A DNA stretch of 64,000 nucleotides from Eledone cirrhosa (Eukaryota): the NCBI GenBank assembly GCA_964016885.1, contig OZ024764.1:23622001-23686000 (forward strand), in the 5' to 3' direction. Of this stretch, positions 1-11,384 are shown in pieces; position 1 is the first letter of the stretch, and each line of letters starts with the position of its first letter. The position numbers and the translations under genes are program-made. Under the pieces are notes generated by a model. That model had not been told where the DNA came from. It saw nothing but the letters and a program-made list of their open reading frames with translations, and did not search any database.

Positions 1-393
1 AAATAAAGCAGAAGAAATTTACACATGATTTTGTAAGATCTTCATATATTGACAAAGATGATAGTAGATGGAACTACAGGAGTAGAAATATTTCCATTAT
101 TACAGGAATAACTAATCAAATAAAAACCAGAAAAATTAGATTCTTCACTGTCTGGAATATGTACAAGATGATTTTATATGTATATTAAACTTGAAGACAT
201 CTACAAAACAGTTTGTATCATCTTTAAATATAAAGAAAGACCAAAGTTGATGGAAATATATCTGGAGGAATATGTTTTAGGAATAATATTATAAATATAA
301 AGAAGAGAAATATCCATATATTGACTGAAGAAAAATATTAAAACTGTGAATTATGTGAGAAACTGAGGTCATTGATATCTTTTAGTAGGAGTT

Positions 394-2178
394 ATGTCGA
401 AAAATATAGTAAAATCACCATTCCACTGTGATATCTGTGGTAAATCATTCTCTCGTAGTAATCACCTAACTACTCACAAACGTATTCATACAGGAGAGAA
501 GCCTTATAAGTGTGATATCTGTAACAAATCATTCAGTCACAGTAGTAGCGTCAGAGTTCACAAACGTATTCATACAGGAGAAGAGCCATTCCACTGTGAC
601 ATCTGTAGTAAATCATTCTCTTGCAGAGATAGCTTAACTGATCACAAACGTATTCATACAGGAGAGAAGCCACATCACTGTGACATCTGTGGTAAATCAT
701 TCTCTTGCAGAGATAGCTTAACTACTCACAAACGTATTCATACAGGAGAGAAGCCATATCACTGTGATATCTGCGGTAAATCATTCGCTGACAGAAGTTG
801 CTTAGCTACCCACAGACGTACTCATACAGGAGAGAAGCCATATCACTGTGACATCTGCGGTAATTCATTCTCTCAGAGCAATCACCTAACTACTCACAAA
901 CGTATTCATACAGGAGAGAAGACATATCAGTGTGACATCTGTGGTAATTCATTCTCTCGTAGTGATAACCTAACTACTCACAAACGTACTCATACGGGAG
1001 ACAAACCATATCACTGTGACATCTGTGGTAAATCATTTGCTGACAGAAGTTGCTTAGCTACCCACAGACGTACTCATACAGGAGAGAAGCCATATCACTG
1101 TGACATCTGCGGTAATTCATTCTCTCGTAGTAATAACCTAACTACTCACAAACGTATTCATACAGGAGAGAAGACATATCAGTGTGACATCTGTGGTAAT
1201 TCATTCTCTCATAGTAATAACCTAACTACTCACAAACGTACTCATACAGGAGAGAAGCCATATCACTGTGACATCTGTGGTAAATCATTCTCTCGTAATC
1301 ACCTAACTCTCCACAAACGTACTCATACAGGAGAGAAGCCATATCACTGTGACATCTGTGGTAAATCATTCTCTCATAGTAATCTCCTAACTATCCACAA
1401 ACGTACTCATACAGGAGAGAAGCCATATCACTGTGACATCTGTGGTAAATCATTCTCTCAAAGTAATCACCTAACTCTCCACAAACGTACTCATACAGGA
1501 GAGAAGCCATATCACTGTGACATCTGTGGTAAATCATTCTCTCGTAGTAATCACCTAACTATCCACAAACGTACTCATACAGGAGAGAAGCCATATCACT
1601 GTGACATCTGTGGTAAATCATTCTCTCATAGTAATCTCCTAACTATCCACAAACGTACTCATACAGGAGAGAAGCCATATCACTGTGACATCTGTGGTAA
1701 ATCATTCTCTCAAAGTAATCACCTAACTCTCCACAAACGTACTCATACAGGAGAGAAGCCATATCACTGTGACATCTGTGGTAAATCATTCTCTCGTAGT
1801 AATCACCTAACTATCCACAAACGTACTCATACAGGAGAGAAGCCATATCACTGTGACATCTGTGGTAAATCATTCTCTCATAGTAATCACCTAACTCTCC
1901 ACAAACGTACTCATACAGGAGAGAAGCCATATCACTGTGACATCTGTGGTAAATCATTCTCTCGTAGTAATCACCTAACTATCCACAAACGTACTCATAC
2001 AGGAGAGAAGCCATATCACTGTGACATCTGTGGTAAATCATTCTCTCATAGTAATCACCTAACTCTCCACAAACGTACTCATACAGGAGAGAAGCCATAT
2101 CACTGTGACATCTGTGGTAAATCATTCTCTCTTAGAGGTAACTTAACCAGGCATGTGCGTATTCATACAGAAGTTTAG
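394..2178 (+). CDS. C2H2 zinc-finger protein, 21 tandem fingers, no effector domain (paralog 1)
   Basis: 594-aa ORF: 9-aa leader MSKNIVKSP, then CxxC-x12-HxxxH fingers with TGEKP linkers. Finger 11 is one residue short (SRNHL). Ends IHTEV*. Confidence 0.95.
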   Translation: MSKNIVKSPFHCDICGKSFSRSNHLTTHKRIHTGEKPYKCDICNKSFSHSSSVRVHKRIHTGEEPFHCDICSKSFSCRDSLTDHKRIHTGEKPHHCDICGKSFSCRDSLTTHKRIHTGEKPYHCDICGKSFADRSCLATHRRTHTGEKPYHCDICGNSFSQSNHLTTHKRIHTGEKTYQCDICGNSFSRSDNLTTHKRTHTGDKPYHCDICGKSFADRSCLATHRRTHTGEKPYHCDICGNSFSRSNNLTTHKRIHTGEKTYQCDICGNSFSHSNNLTTHKRTHTGEKPYHCDICGKSFSRNHLTLHKRTHTGEKPYHCDICGKSFSHSNLLTIHKRTHTGEKPYHCDICGKSFSQSNHLTLHKRTHTGEKPYHCDICGKSFSRSNHLTIHKRTHTGEKPYHCDICGKSFSHSNLLTIHKRTHTGEKPYHCDICGKSFSQSNHLTLHKRTHTGEKPYHCDICGKSFSRSNHLTIHKRTHTGEKPYHCDICGKSFSHSNHLTLHKRTHTGEKPYHCDICGKSFSRSNHLTIHKRTHTGEKPYHCDICGKSFSHSNHLTLHKRTHTGEKPYHCDICGKSFSLRGNLTRHVRIHTEV

Positions 2179-2382
2179 CTGTGTCAATATCAAACTCATT
2201 ACATCATACTACTACAACAAATGTGTAGATCCATCATCCTTGCTAAAACTGGGGTCAACCTTGTAGGTTTTACCTAGGACAGGGATCATAAACACCAGGT
2301 TTCCATTTTTGAAGCAGTGTTTGAAGATTTTGTGTAAATTAAAGTTTTTCACATTAAACTTTGATTTATTATACTTTAACAG

Positions 2383-3609
2383 GTAAGATATATATTTGTA
2401 TTTTTAGTAAAGGTTGGGAACTTCTGTAATTTAAACCTGCCAATAAAATGAAAACTTTTGTTGTTGCTAGTCAGACATTGGTATTAATTTTATTGTCCTG
2501 TACATTGTCTCACATATCACAGATTAAACAGATTTTAACAATATCAACAGAAATCAATAACTTGTAAGCCTAATATCTAGCTTCCATTTTAACTATTTGA
2601 TATTGTTGTTCCCCTCCTGTCTCTTCAGGTCTTTTAGATTTCAACTTCTATCTACTGTACTATTCCATCACCAAGGCAACATTCATCTGGCTGGCAGCTT
2701 ACATCAACTACAGATCTCATCAGTGGTTCACAACAAGCTGTCTGAAAGAAACTTCCAGATATCTTCTATATCATAGCTATCAATCTCCTCCTCCTTATCA
2801 TATGTACCACTCTCACAGTCCCTCTAGATCTTATATTTAACAAGGAGATCTTTTACTATCTCTACCCTTTTCTCTAGGTTGTCTTGTACCACTCTCACAG
2901 TCCCTATAGATCTTATATTTAACGGGGAGATTCTTTACTGTCTCTACTCTTTTCTCTAGGTTGTCTTGTACCTCTCTCACAGTCCCTATATATATCTTAT
3001 ATTTAACAGGGAGATTTTTTACTATCCCTACCCTTTTCTCCAGATTGTCTTGTATCTCTTTTACAGTCCCTCTAGATCTTATATTTAACAGGGAGATCTT
3101 TTACTAGCCCTACCCTTTTCTCTAGGTTTTCTTTTACCTCTCTCACAGTCCCTCTAGATCTTATATTTAACAGGGAGATCTTTTACTCTCCAACCCTTTT
3201 CTCTAGGTCGTCTTGTACCTCCCTCACAATCCCTGTAGATCTTATATTTAACAGGGAGATCTTTTACTCTCCAACCCTTCTACAGATAGTCTTGTATATG
3301 TCATTACCTCTAGATCTTACACCTCGTATCTAGTCTATGTTGAGTGGTACGTCTTTCTCCAGTAAAGGAGTTAATATTCCCAACCATCTGTCTATCCTGT
3401 TTTCTGATGAGAATGAAGTCAATCTAGTTTATCTCTTCACCTGATTGAAGTAACTAGATCAAGTAACTAGATGGTTTCCTGTAAGTTAGTGTTGCAGTGT
3501 TTGTGTCACCATGTAAGGTTTATATCTATTAATATAGAGATGTAGTAAAGTTTTCACTGTTGTATCTCTACTTTCTAAATATCTTAATAATGTTTCTCTA
3601 CTATTTCAG
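2383..3609 (+). other. Predicted 3'UTR intron (equivalents 19826-21143, 43323-44534, 56579-59065)
   Basis: Donor CAG|GTAAGA ~205 nt after the stop codon and acceptor TTTCTCTACTATTTCAG|AAT, both conserved in all four units. An AATAAA lies ~60 nt inside (2442). Confidence 0.5.
2805..3325. repeat. ~82-bp tandem repeat, ~6 copies (also 20445-20855, 43745-44260, 57125-58795 interrupted)
   Basis: Unit CTCTCACAGTCCCTCTAGATCTTATATTTAACAGGGAGATCTTTTACT...CCTTTTCTCTAGGTTGTCTTGTAC recurs every 81-84 bp. Confidence 0.92.
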
Positions 3610-4102
3610 AATATCACATGACCTTGACAAAAAAGAGTCTTTTAAAGACAACAGAAAGATGTTACATACATGTGATATAAACTTGTTTAGTCTGTGGTGA
3701 ATTATGGTGAAATATTTTTTCTGAATTGAAATAAATAACAACATTTTCCTTTTTCACTGTCTGGAATATTTACAAGATGATTTTACATTCTGATTAAATT
3801 TTGGATATTTACAAAGGAGTTTTCAAAATATTTGGATATTGACAAAGATCACATTTGGTAAAATTATGAACAATAGAAATATTTACATCAACATAGGAAT
3901 ATTTTCCAGAAGAGATAGGAAAATCATATACCACTAGTATTTGTGGTAAAGTATTCTCTCTTCTTTATATGTAGAACATCTAACTAAACACTTTAACTAA
4001 CAAACTATTGTGCTATAAAATTGACAAACTTGAGCAATGTTTAATAAATGTTACAGATTTCTCCAAACTGTCGTTTACTAACTTTAATTTGAAGCTATGT
4101 TA

Positions 4103-4340
4103 TCTATATACTACTAAAACTCTCTAATTGTGTCTTGTCTAATTTAATACAGCTAAAACAGTGCATAATGGGGAAATACTTTGAAAGGAATAAAACAATT
4201 TTTGTATAAATTGGAGCACAGGTTCCCAAGATACGGGGATTTCTGGGTACCTTGATATATATAGGGAGAGAAAGAGATAGTGTTTGTGAGAGTGAGGAGA
4301 CAGATGGAAGAGAGAGAGAGAGCTGGTGGTGTTGTTTAAT

Positions 4341-4371
<31 letters not shown>

Positions 4372-4469
4372 ACGTATGTGTATATTTTAACTAATTAAAA
4401 ATCATTTTTAAATGACTTTTAAAAAATAGTTTTAAGGGAACGTGACCCAACAGGTCCCGGGTGGTCTAG
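4103..4469 (+). mobile_element. Non-autonomous Helitron (copies 21640-22002, 45026-45384, 59562-59979)
   Basis: A|TC 5' start (TCTATATACTACTAAAA), subterminal hairpin GTGACC-caaca-GGTC(A/C)C, CTAG|T 3' end, no TSD, internal GA/TG/TA microsatellites. Confidence 0.75.
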
Positions 4470-4875
4470 TTTGTTACTAAATACTAGATATTACAGGGTC
4501 ATGTTGTTCTGGATGTGCTGGAAGAGCCATTCTATCTTGTGTGGCTCACACCAGCAGCTAGCCACCTCAGCACCTATGGTGGTATATTTATCATATTATT
4601 TATTCTTTATCATTAACATTAATATAAAAGATAATTATATATTTTTAGAGAAGAACCTCTAATTTCATATAGCTTAGGGCTTCAGTAGGTAAAGTCTGGC
4701 CCTGCTTGTCTTGTATTTTTTAGGGGAGAAGTTAGGGAATACTGTTATTGTGTGAAAGTTTTCTAAATCTTCTTCAACCACTAACATGGAGAAGATATTT
4801 CAGTAAGAAGGTTCACATCCTGACATCTATAGCTGTTAACAATGAGATTGGAATTCATTATTAAACAAATGTTAT

Positions 4876-5435
4876 ATCATCATCACTGTTTAACATCAGT
4901 TTTTTCACGCTGGCATGGGTTAGACGAGTTATCCTGTTGTAAGCAAAGCCAGGTCAGGTGATAATGTGTTGCTCCTACAGAACAAATTTTGGTTTGGTTT
5001 CTGCAGCTGGATGCCCTTCCTAGCACCAACCTTATTTACATTGAGTACTGGGTGCATTTTATCATCTCACCATCAGGACCACTTTACAGTGTAGGCTGGG
5101 TGCTTTTTGTTGTGACACATACATGACCACTTTATACTGTGGACTGGGTACTTTTTGTTGTGACACCTACACGACCCCTTTAAAGTTTGGGCTGGGTACT
5201 TTTTGTTGTCACCTACATGACCACTTTACAGTGTGGACTGGTTTCTTTTTGTCATATCACCTACATGACCACCTTATAATGTTGACTGTGTGTTCTTTAC
5301 AGTGTGGGCTGGTTTCTTTTTGTCATATCACCTACATGACCACCTTATAATGTTGACTGTGTATTCTCTATAGTGTGGGTTGGGTGCTTCTTGTCATATC
5401 TCCTACCCAACCACTTTGCAGTGTGGGCAGTGAAA
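4876..5435 (-). mobile_element. RTE-related 3' end/non-autonomous element with internal tandem repeats (also ~22410-22830, ~45790-46320)
   Basis: (CAT)n tail remnant; similar to RTE 3' ends at 13537-13790 and 58230-58512; repeated GACCACTTTACAGTGTGGGCTGGGT motif. Confidence 0.65.
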
Positions 5436-5469
5436 TATCAGTAATGCACCAGCTCCAATATTCACTAAT

Positions 5470-5975
5470 CAGAAGAAGGGAGGTAGGCATAAAAGCCAAA
5501 CTTGCTGTCTTCAATTAGGTTTTTGTGCCAACCCTTACCTATGGTCACATATCTTGGGTAATGACCAAAAGAATATGATTGGGAATACAAATGGCAGATA
5601 TGGGATTCCTCTGAAGGGTCTTTGAAGGAACGTTTCTCAATAAAGTGCATAGCTCTGAGATCAGAGAGTCACTCCAGGTGGAGCTGTTACTTCTCCTAAT
5701 TGAGAGATCACAGCTGCAATACTATGGCCATGTGGTTAGAATGTCTGAGGAAGGAATCACTGGATAGATTTTACAGGCAAAACTAACCGGCAGGAGACCC
5801 AGGGGTAGACCTCAGCAAGATGGTCACATAACATCCATGAGCTTGGCTGGTCTCTCTGGGAGATCCAGCCAGATAAGTTGGAGTGGGTTGCTTCTGACAG
5901 GACCTGTTGGGGGGAGTGTTTGAGGACTCTGCCCCCAAGACCCTCTCTGGAATAAGTGGGTTAATAAGCAGAGGT
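5470..5975 (+). mobile_element. Old RTE-clade LINE 3' fragment (also ~46360-46850)
   Basis: Degenerate translations VPTLTYGHISWVMT and GHVVRM...GRRPRGRP. Confidence 0.6.
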
Positions 5976-6263
5976 TGAGGTTACATAATCAACATCAGAT
6001 TTCCCTGCTAGCAAGGGTTTAATGAGTCTACTTCAACCAAGTAAGTACTGAAGTGAGGCTACTGATCTCCCAGACAGACCAAGGATCTGAGACTTACTTA
6101 CATAAGGTCTCATTTGCTACTGAGTGCACAGAAAAGGTTGTCATGTCTTTGTCATGATTGAAGGCTTCGCCGACACTATTGTTGGGCAAGCTTTCTATAG
6201 CTAGATGTCCTTCACATGACCAACCACATTACAGCCTGTGTTGGGTGTGTTTATCATGTAGGT

Positions 6264-8230
6264 GAGGCATAACAAACTGAGGGTTCCCCAAGGGCCACAT
6301 AGGTCACATGTGTTGTCTGAGGGTTGCACACGACAACTAAGTAGTCATTTAATAAAATATATTGCAGAAAGATTTGTTACTTAAATTTAGAAACATACAA
6401 TGTCCATACAAATGTTTTAGCAGCATTCATGAATACAAAGTAATGAAGTAGTTTGACAAAAAAATAAAATTTCACATGTCAACATATACTTGCAGATTGT
6501 AACAGCAACAAATACATTGTACACAAATAACAACAGTTGAAAACTGAACATTTATTTGCTACTATTCAACCATTTTTAGTGTTTTGTCCTGAGGCTTGAC
6601 ACTTCTTTCTGTTGACTATTTTTGGTATATCTGGCTGAAATGTCTGTACAGTTCCAACTTTAATCAGAAATGACAAGTGTTGATCAGTCAGCCTTGTTCT
6701 CTGAGAAGTTTTTGTTAAGCTAAGTACAGACTCAGTATGGGCAGTGATTTTCAGCTCTTTGCACATAAGAAAATGAATTAAATTTCATCTGACAACGGAG
6801 ACTTCCATAAGCTAAGTTTTCTAATGAAGAACTTGATGTCATCATACAACTGAGTGATGGGTTTGTTTTTACCTTGTAATTTCAAATTAAGATCAGTTAA
6901 TTGTGCAGTAATATCCATAACAAAAGCCAGATGTTGGAGCCAACTTTCATCTTTTATTTCACCTGTGTTTTGACCTTTCATCTCCAAAAACATAATTATT
7001 TCAACAAATAGAATCTTTTCAGCACTTTGTGACATGTCAACCAGCAGACTTCTGTGTAGAATGGAACATCGGTGAACTGATTATCCATATCTTCCAACAA
7101 CTGGCTGAACTGACGGTGGTTGAGAGCACGGCCTCTGATTTAGTTCACTGTCTTTTTGACCAAGCTAAGCACATGATGCAATTTTAAAATCTTTGAACAT
7201 AAATTTTGCTGATGAATAATACAGTGAAAATGTGCAAATGATGAATGTAGATATGAGTTTTCTATTTTTGTTTGTAACTTGGCAGCAACACCATTATGTC
7301 TACCAACCATATTTGCAGCACTGTCAGTAGATAAACATGCAAGTTTACTCAGATCAAAACCATGCAGACACTGCTTTACCTTCTCAAAGATGTCCTGGCT
7401 TGTTATAGTGTCATGCATGGGGACCAGTTCAATCAGTTCTTCATAAATATTAAATTCACAGTCACAGGCCCTGATGAAGAATGCAAGCTGTACTATTCCA
7501 GTGATGTCAACAGTCTCTTCAATAGCAATAGAAACATGTTCAAACCTTGATGATACAGCCTTTAACTGTTGTTTCAGATCACCTGACATTTCATTAATCT
7601 GTTCAGCAACAGTGTTCCTGGTTAATGAAATGTCTTTGAATAACTCTGCTTTCTCTGGACAATTTCAGCTGTTTTTACAAGACATTGCTTTACAAAATCT
7701 CCTTTACTGTAAGATTTCCCACTCATGGCAATCATTTGACTGAGTTCATAGCTTGCAGTAACAGAAGTGACATCCTCTTCCTGAATTAACATAAAACAGG
7801 TCTATTGCCGTGTCAAGTTAGACTTCAATTCCTTGAGTCTTGAAACACACATTGGGCCTTCATATTTATCGTAAGATTGATGGTTTGTTTCATAATGTCT
7901 TTTTAAATTGTACTCTTTTGGCGTGGAGATGTAGTTGTTACAAATTAAACAGTTTTTTTTTCTGTTCACCATTGGGCAAAAATACTGTAATTCCCACTTT
8001 TCTTGAAACACTTTCCCTTCTTCGTTCAATTTCCTTTTTCTCTTAGCTGGAGGAGCACTAACCACGTGATTAATGGAAGTTAAAAGTAGTTGACAAAATT
8101 TGCAAAAAAAAATAATTGTATCGAAAATGTTTTAAATTTTATATTACGAAAATGAAACATGCTCGCACTGTAAAAACCTTTGTGTGGGCCGCAGGTTTGC
8201 TTGCCAAGGGCCGCATGTTTGACATGTCTG
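6264..8230 (-). mobile_element. hAT DNA transposon fossil, Buster/Charlie-SPIN type (GTF2IRD2-like transposase)
   Basis: 8-bp TSD ATGTAGGT (6256-6263 and 8231-8238; central TA is typical of Buster). TIR CAGACATGTCAAACA. Fragments CLIC...NLKRHYETNH, EETVD, STDSAANM, HCIIHQ. Disrupted by stops, frameshifts and deletions. Confidence 0.9.
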
Positions 8231-8794
8231 ATGTAGGTTACCAACACTAGGGAGGGCAGCATATCCTTCAGTGTGTTCTGCTACATTAACTACCAGGAGG
8301 TCACCACATGAGACAAAGACTACATTTCAAAGAGGGGTCATAAAAGAACTAAATACAAAAGTCCTCGCAGCAAAAAAACAAATAATTGAGCTTTGGGTCT
8401 GGGTCAAGGGGGCATAAGTGCCTTAACCTGTCACAGCCGGGCCACCCTGGGTTGTGTCATCTAGGTACCAGACAGGGGTAACTAGACCATGTTGTCAACT
8501 GTCAACACCAATAGGAGTGAGGCGAGTGGGTCCCCTTGCTAGACACCATATATAAAAACGTATTTGCTAATTACTTTAATGAATAATTTGTTTCATACGT
8601 AATTATTACTTTTAACACAATAGGATTTTGTACACGTGTTTGTTTGAAAACATCTTTCAAAGAAGTATGAGACAGTCTTTTGTCGTGTTTATTATAATAA
8701 ATTACTGTATGTTGAGCTGTTTTAACTTCTCCACCTTCCATTATTTTATATTGTTTTTGTAAAAAAACGAGATCTTTTTCATATATATATATAT

Positions 8795-9008
8795 GAAGGC
8801 GTGTGGCTGAGTGGTTAGAGAATTGGATTCGAAATTGTGAGGTTGTGAGTTCGATTCCCAGACTGGGCGATTCGTTATGTCCTTGAGCAAGACATTTTAT
8901 TTCACGTTGCTCCTTCTACCTGGAGTTGCGACCGATAGATAGTATTAGCAATTGGAAAGACCAATGGAAACATTGTTTCCTCGGTCCGATTTGACGAAAA
9001 GTCGATCA
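8795..9008 (+). mobile_element. tRNA-derived SINE (copies 49972-50185, 63678-63890; minus-strand copy 28199-28362)
   Basis: Pol III A box TGGCTGAGTGG and B box GTTCGATTCC, followed by a TGTCCTTGAGCAAGACA core; flanked by (TA)n. Confidence 0.8.
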
Positions 9009-9784
9009 TAAAAAATATATATATAGAGAGAGAAACACAAACATACACTACTGTATTACATATGTCAGGGGAGACAACTCTCGTTACATCCACCCTTCTT
9101 TTTGATATACATTCATTAAATACTTTGTTCAATGGAACCTGCTTTATTTTGTGTCCTAAGTAGATTTCTGTTTAAGTATTTACGTGATTCACAATGATTC
9201 ACGTAACCAAGTTACTTACATAGAGATATATTTCACATAGAATCACAACAAATGAAAATATTAAGTCAACACTCTGTCAATCAGTCTCACATCACATGGG
9301 GTGCTGGAGTCTCCCTCTAATACTTTCTGAGACAGTCTTACCTCGAGTGATAGCAAGGCTAAGATGTTGGAACTACCAAACAGCCTCATATGTATCACCT
9401 GACACCTCGGTAAGGAGAGCTGCCAACGATAACAAGAACCTCGTTGTCAGGGACCTATCTCCTCCAAACTTCTCCAACACCCCAGACTAGAATATTCTAC
9501 TCTTTATTCCCTATCAAATATTTTTCAGTCTAGTCATTTATCTTGTATCTTGTATATGTATTTTCAAAACTAACTGTCACATTTGTGAGAACCCAGTTAG
9601 TGATGTTTTTGTCTCCCTCCCACATCCTACATGCTGTAGTAAAAGTGAGGGTCACTGCTTCCGTAGACGAACGAAATAAAAGTTAAACTACCAGTAATTA
9701 TCGGCAAAGTATTTATACCAGTCTGTGATGTTTGAGAAGCTGGGCTGCTGACAACGAAGTTGTGGTCACTGTTGGCGGCTGGCT

Positions 9785-9968
9785 TTACCGAAGTACCCGA
9801 TGACTCTTGTGAGGGTACTTAGCTGTTCTGGCGGTTTAGCCTCCATGACATGATTTTACTGAGATACCCGGTGATCTCTGTCAGGGTACTTAGCTGTTCT
9901 GGCGGTTTAGCCTCCATATGACCCGATTTACCGAAGTACCCGGTGATCTCTGTAAGAGTACTTAGCTG
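9785..9968. repeat. ~65-70-bp tandem repeat upstream of the promoter (3 copies here, 2 in other units)
   Basis: Recurring TTACCGAAGTACCCG...GTACTTAGCTGTTCTGGCGGTTTAGCCTCC. Confidence 0.8.
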
Positions 9969-10621
9969 GGCATAGGTTAAGTTTTACGTCCTCGAAAATG
10001 AAACTAGGTTTTCTGACATGTGAATGTGTTTTTTTTTTTTTACAATGAAATTTACGATACACTCTTTTGTTTATTTACAACAGGTCTCTATAGTGATATG
10101 GTGTTAATTAGTATTGCGTGTGTGATTATTTTCTCTTATATATATATGTGTGGGTGTGTATATGTGTGTATATATATGTGTGTCTGTATGTATATATATA
10201 TATGTGTTTTGTATATATATATGTGTTTGTGTCATCATCATCGTTTACATGTTTTTACCCAAATCCCTTATCATTCTCTGTCCTTCCTATGACCCGACCT
10301 TAATTTGTTTATAGTTGGTGCCAACTTTGGCAAGATATTACAAAAACATCTAAACGATGATGATGACACAAACACATATATATATACAAACACACATATA
10401 TATATATATATACATACAGACACACATATACACAGCCACACATATATATATAAGTAATAATAATCACACACGCAATACTAATTAACACCATATCACTATA
10501 GAGACCTGTTGTAAATAAACAAAGAGTGTATCGTAAATTTCATTGTAAAAAAAAACAAAAACACATTCACTTGTCAGAAAACCTAGTTTCATTTTCGAGG
10601 ACGTAAAACTTAACCTATGCC
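9969..10621. mobile_element. Foldback-type MITE with ~290-bp inverted arms
   Basis: GGCATAGGTTAAGTTTTACGTCC... and ...GGACGTAAAACTTAACCTATGCC. 8-bp TSD CTTAGCTG at 9961 and 10622. Empty site at 29838 and 51062. Confidence 0.92.
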
Positions 10622-10711
10622 CTTAGCTGTTCTATTTTAATTACATTTACTGATTTCAACTTTCATTTTTTTATTACAAACTTTACATAATTTAATTCCG
10701 TAAAATTATTT

Positions 10712-10856
10712 TTACGTCACAAAATAACTTGACCTTTGACATTGAAGCATGCGCAGTGGTGCAGTTGTCGACTTCCTGTCCACGTGTTAGTCTTCCTACA
10801 ACATCATTTAGACAACATTTCTGTAAATACTAAACACCTGAGACTATAATGTAAGT
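10712..10856 (+). promoter_or_regulatory. Predicted promoter, non-coding exon 1 and splice donor of paralog 2
   Basis: Motif cluster in AT-rich DNA: TTACGTCA (10712), TGACCTTTGACAT DR1-like (10730), GCATGCGCA NRF1-like (10747), ACTTCCTG ETS (10771), CACGTG (10781). Consensus donor AAT|GTAAGT at 10851. Conserved upstream of paralogs 2-4. Confidence 0.65.
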
Positions 10857-11384
10857 ATTATGTCTATTAATATTGTAGATTTAAGCTCACTTTTCACATC
10901 ACAAATATATATTTTCTTGTTTGTTTCATTACTGGAAATATAAAATGTTATCGTAATTATCTATATTTTACCTACCTCTAATTAATTAAAGTGAAAACTT
11001 TTGTTGTTGCTGAAAAATAAATTAACAAAACTAAATATTTAAATATTCTAAAGGTCGTTTTTATATTATGTGATGATATAATTAATATATTTTATTACAA
11101 TTGTATAAATTTACAGTAGAATAACGTTGTAAATATGTTTTAAATATATACATAAATAACATAAGTGTGTAAATAACATTATAACTTGCTGGCAATTCCT
11201 TGAGAAAGACATTACAAATATATTGTCTAAACTGTGTATAATAATATAATTTATTGAACAATAATGATAAAGGAAAGAAAAACACAGTGGGAGATGGCAA
11301 TTGACCACCAAGTGTGATAATAGGCCACACCTCACACCTTAGGGGTTAACTACACACTTTGAGGCAAGCCAACACACTAAGGTT

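Noticed and set aside
383-396. Shine-Dalgarno-like AGGAG before each ZF ATG
   Set aside because: Eukaryotic genes; a coincidental match copied by duplication.
6566-8065. Host gene GTF2IRD2/EPM2AIP1-like
   Set aside because: TIRs, TSD and multiple stops/frameshifts mark it as a transposon fossil, not a domesticated gene.
8795-8875. tRNA gene
   Set aside because: A and B boxes are present, but there is no convincing cloverleaf and the sequence continues into a repeated SINE body.
9296-9490. 64-aa ORF conserved in three units (also 29243, 50468)
   Set aside because: Conservation is explained by recent segmental duplication; no recognisable domain; overlaps a repeat monomer.
10020-10491. Mirror-image ORFs rich in Y/I/V/C
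   Set aside because: Translations of TA/TG microsatellites within the foldback arms.
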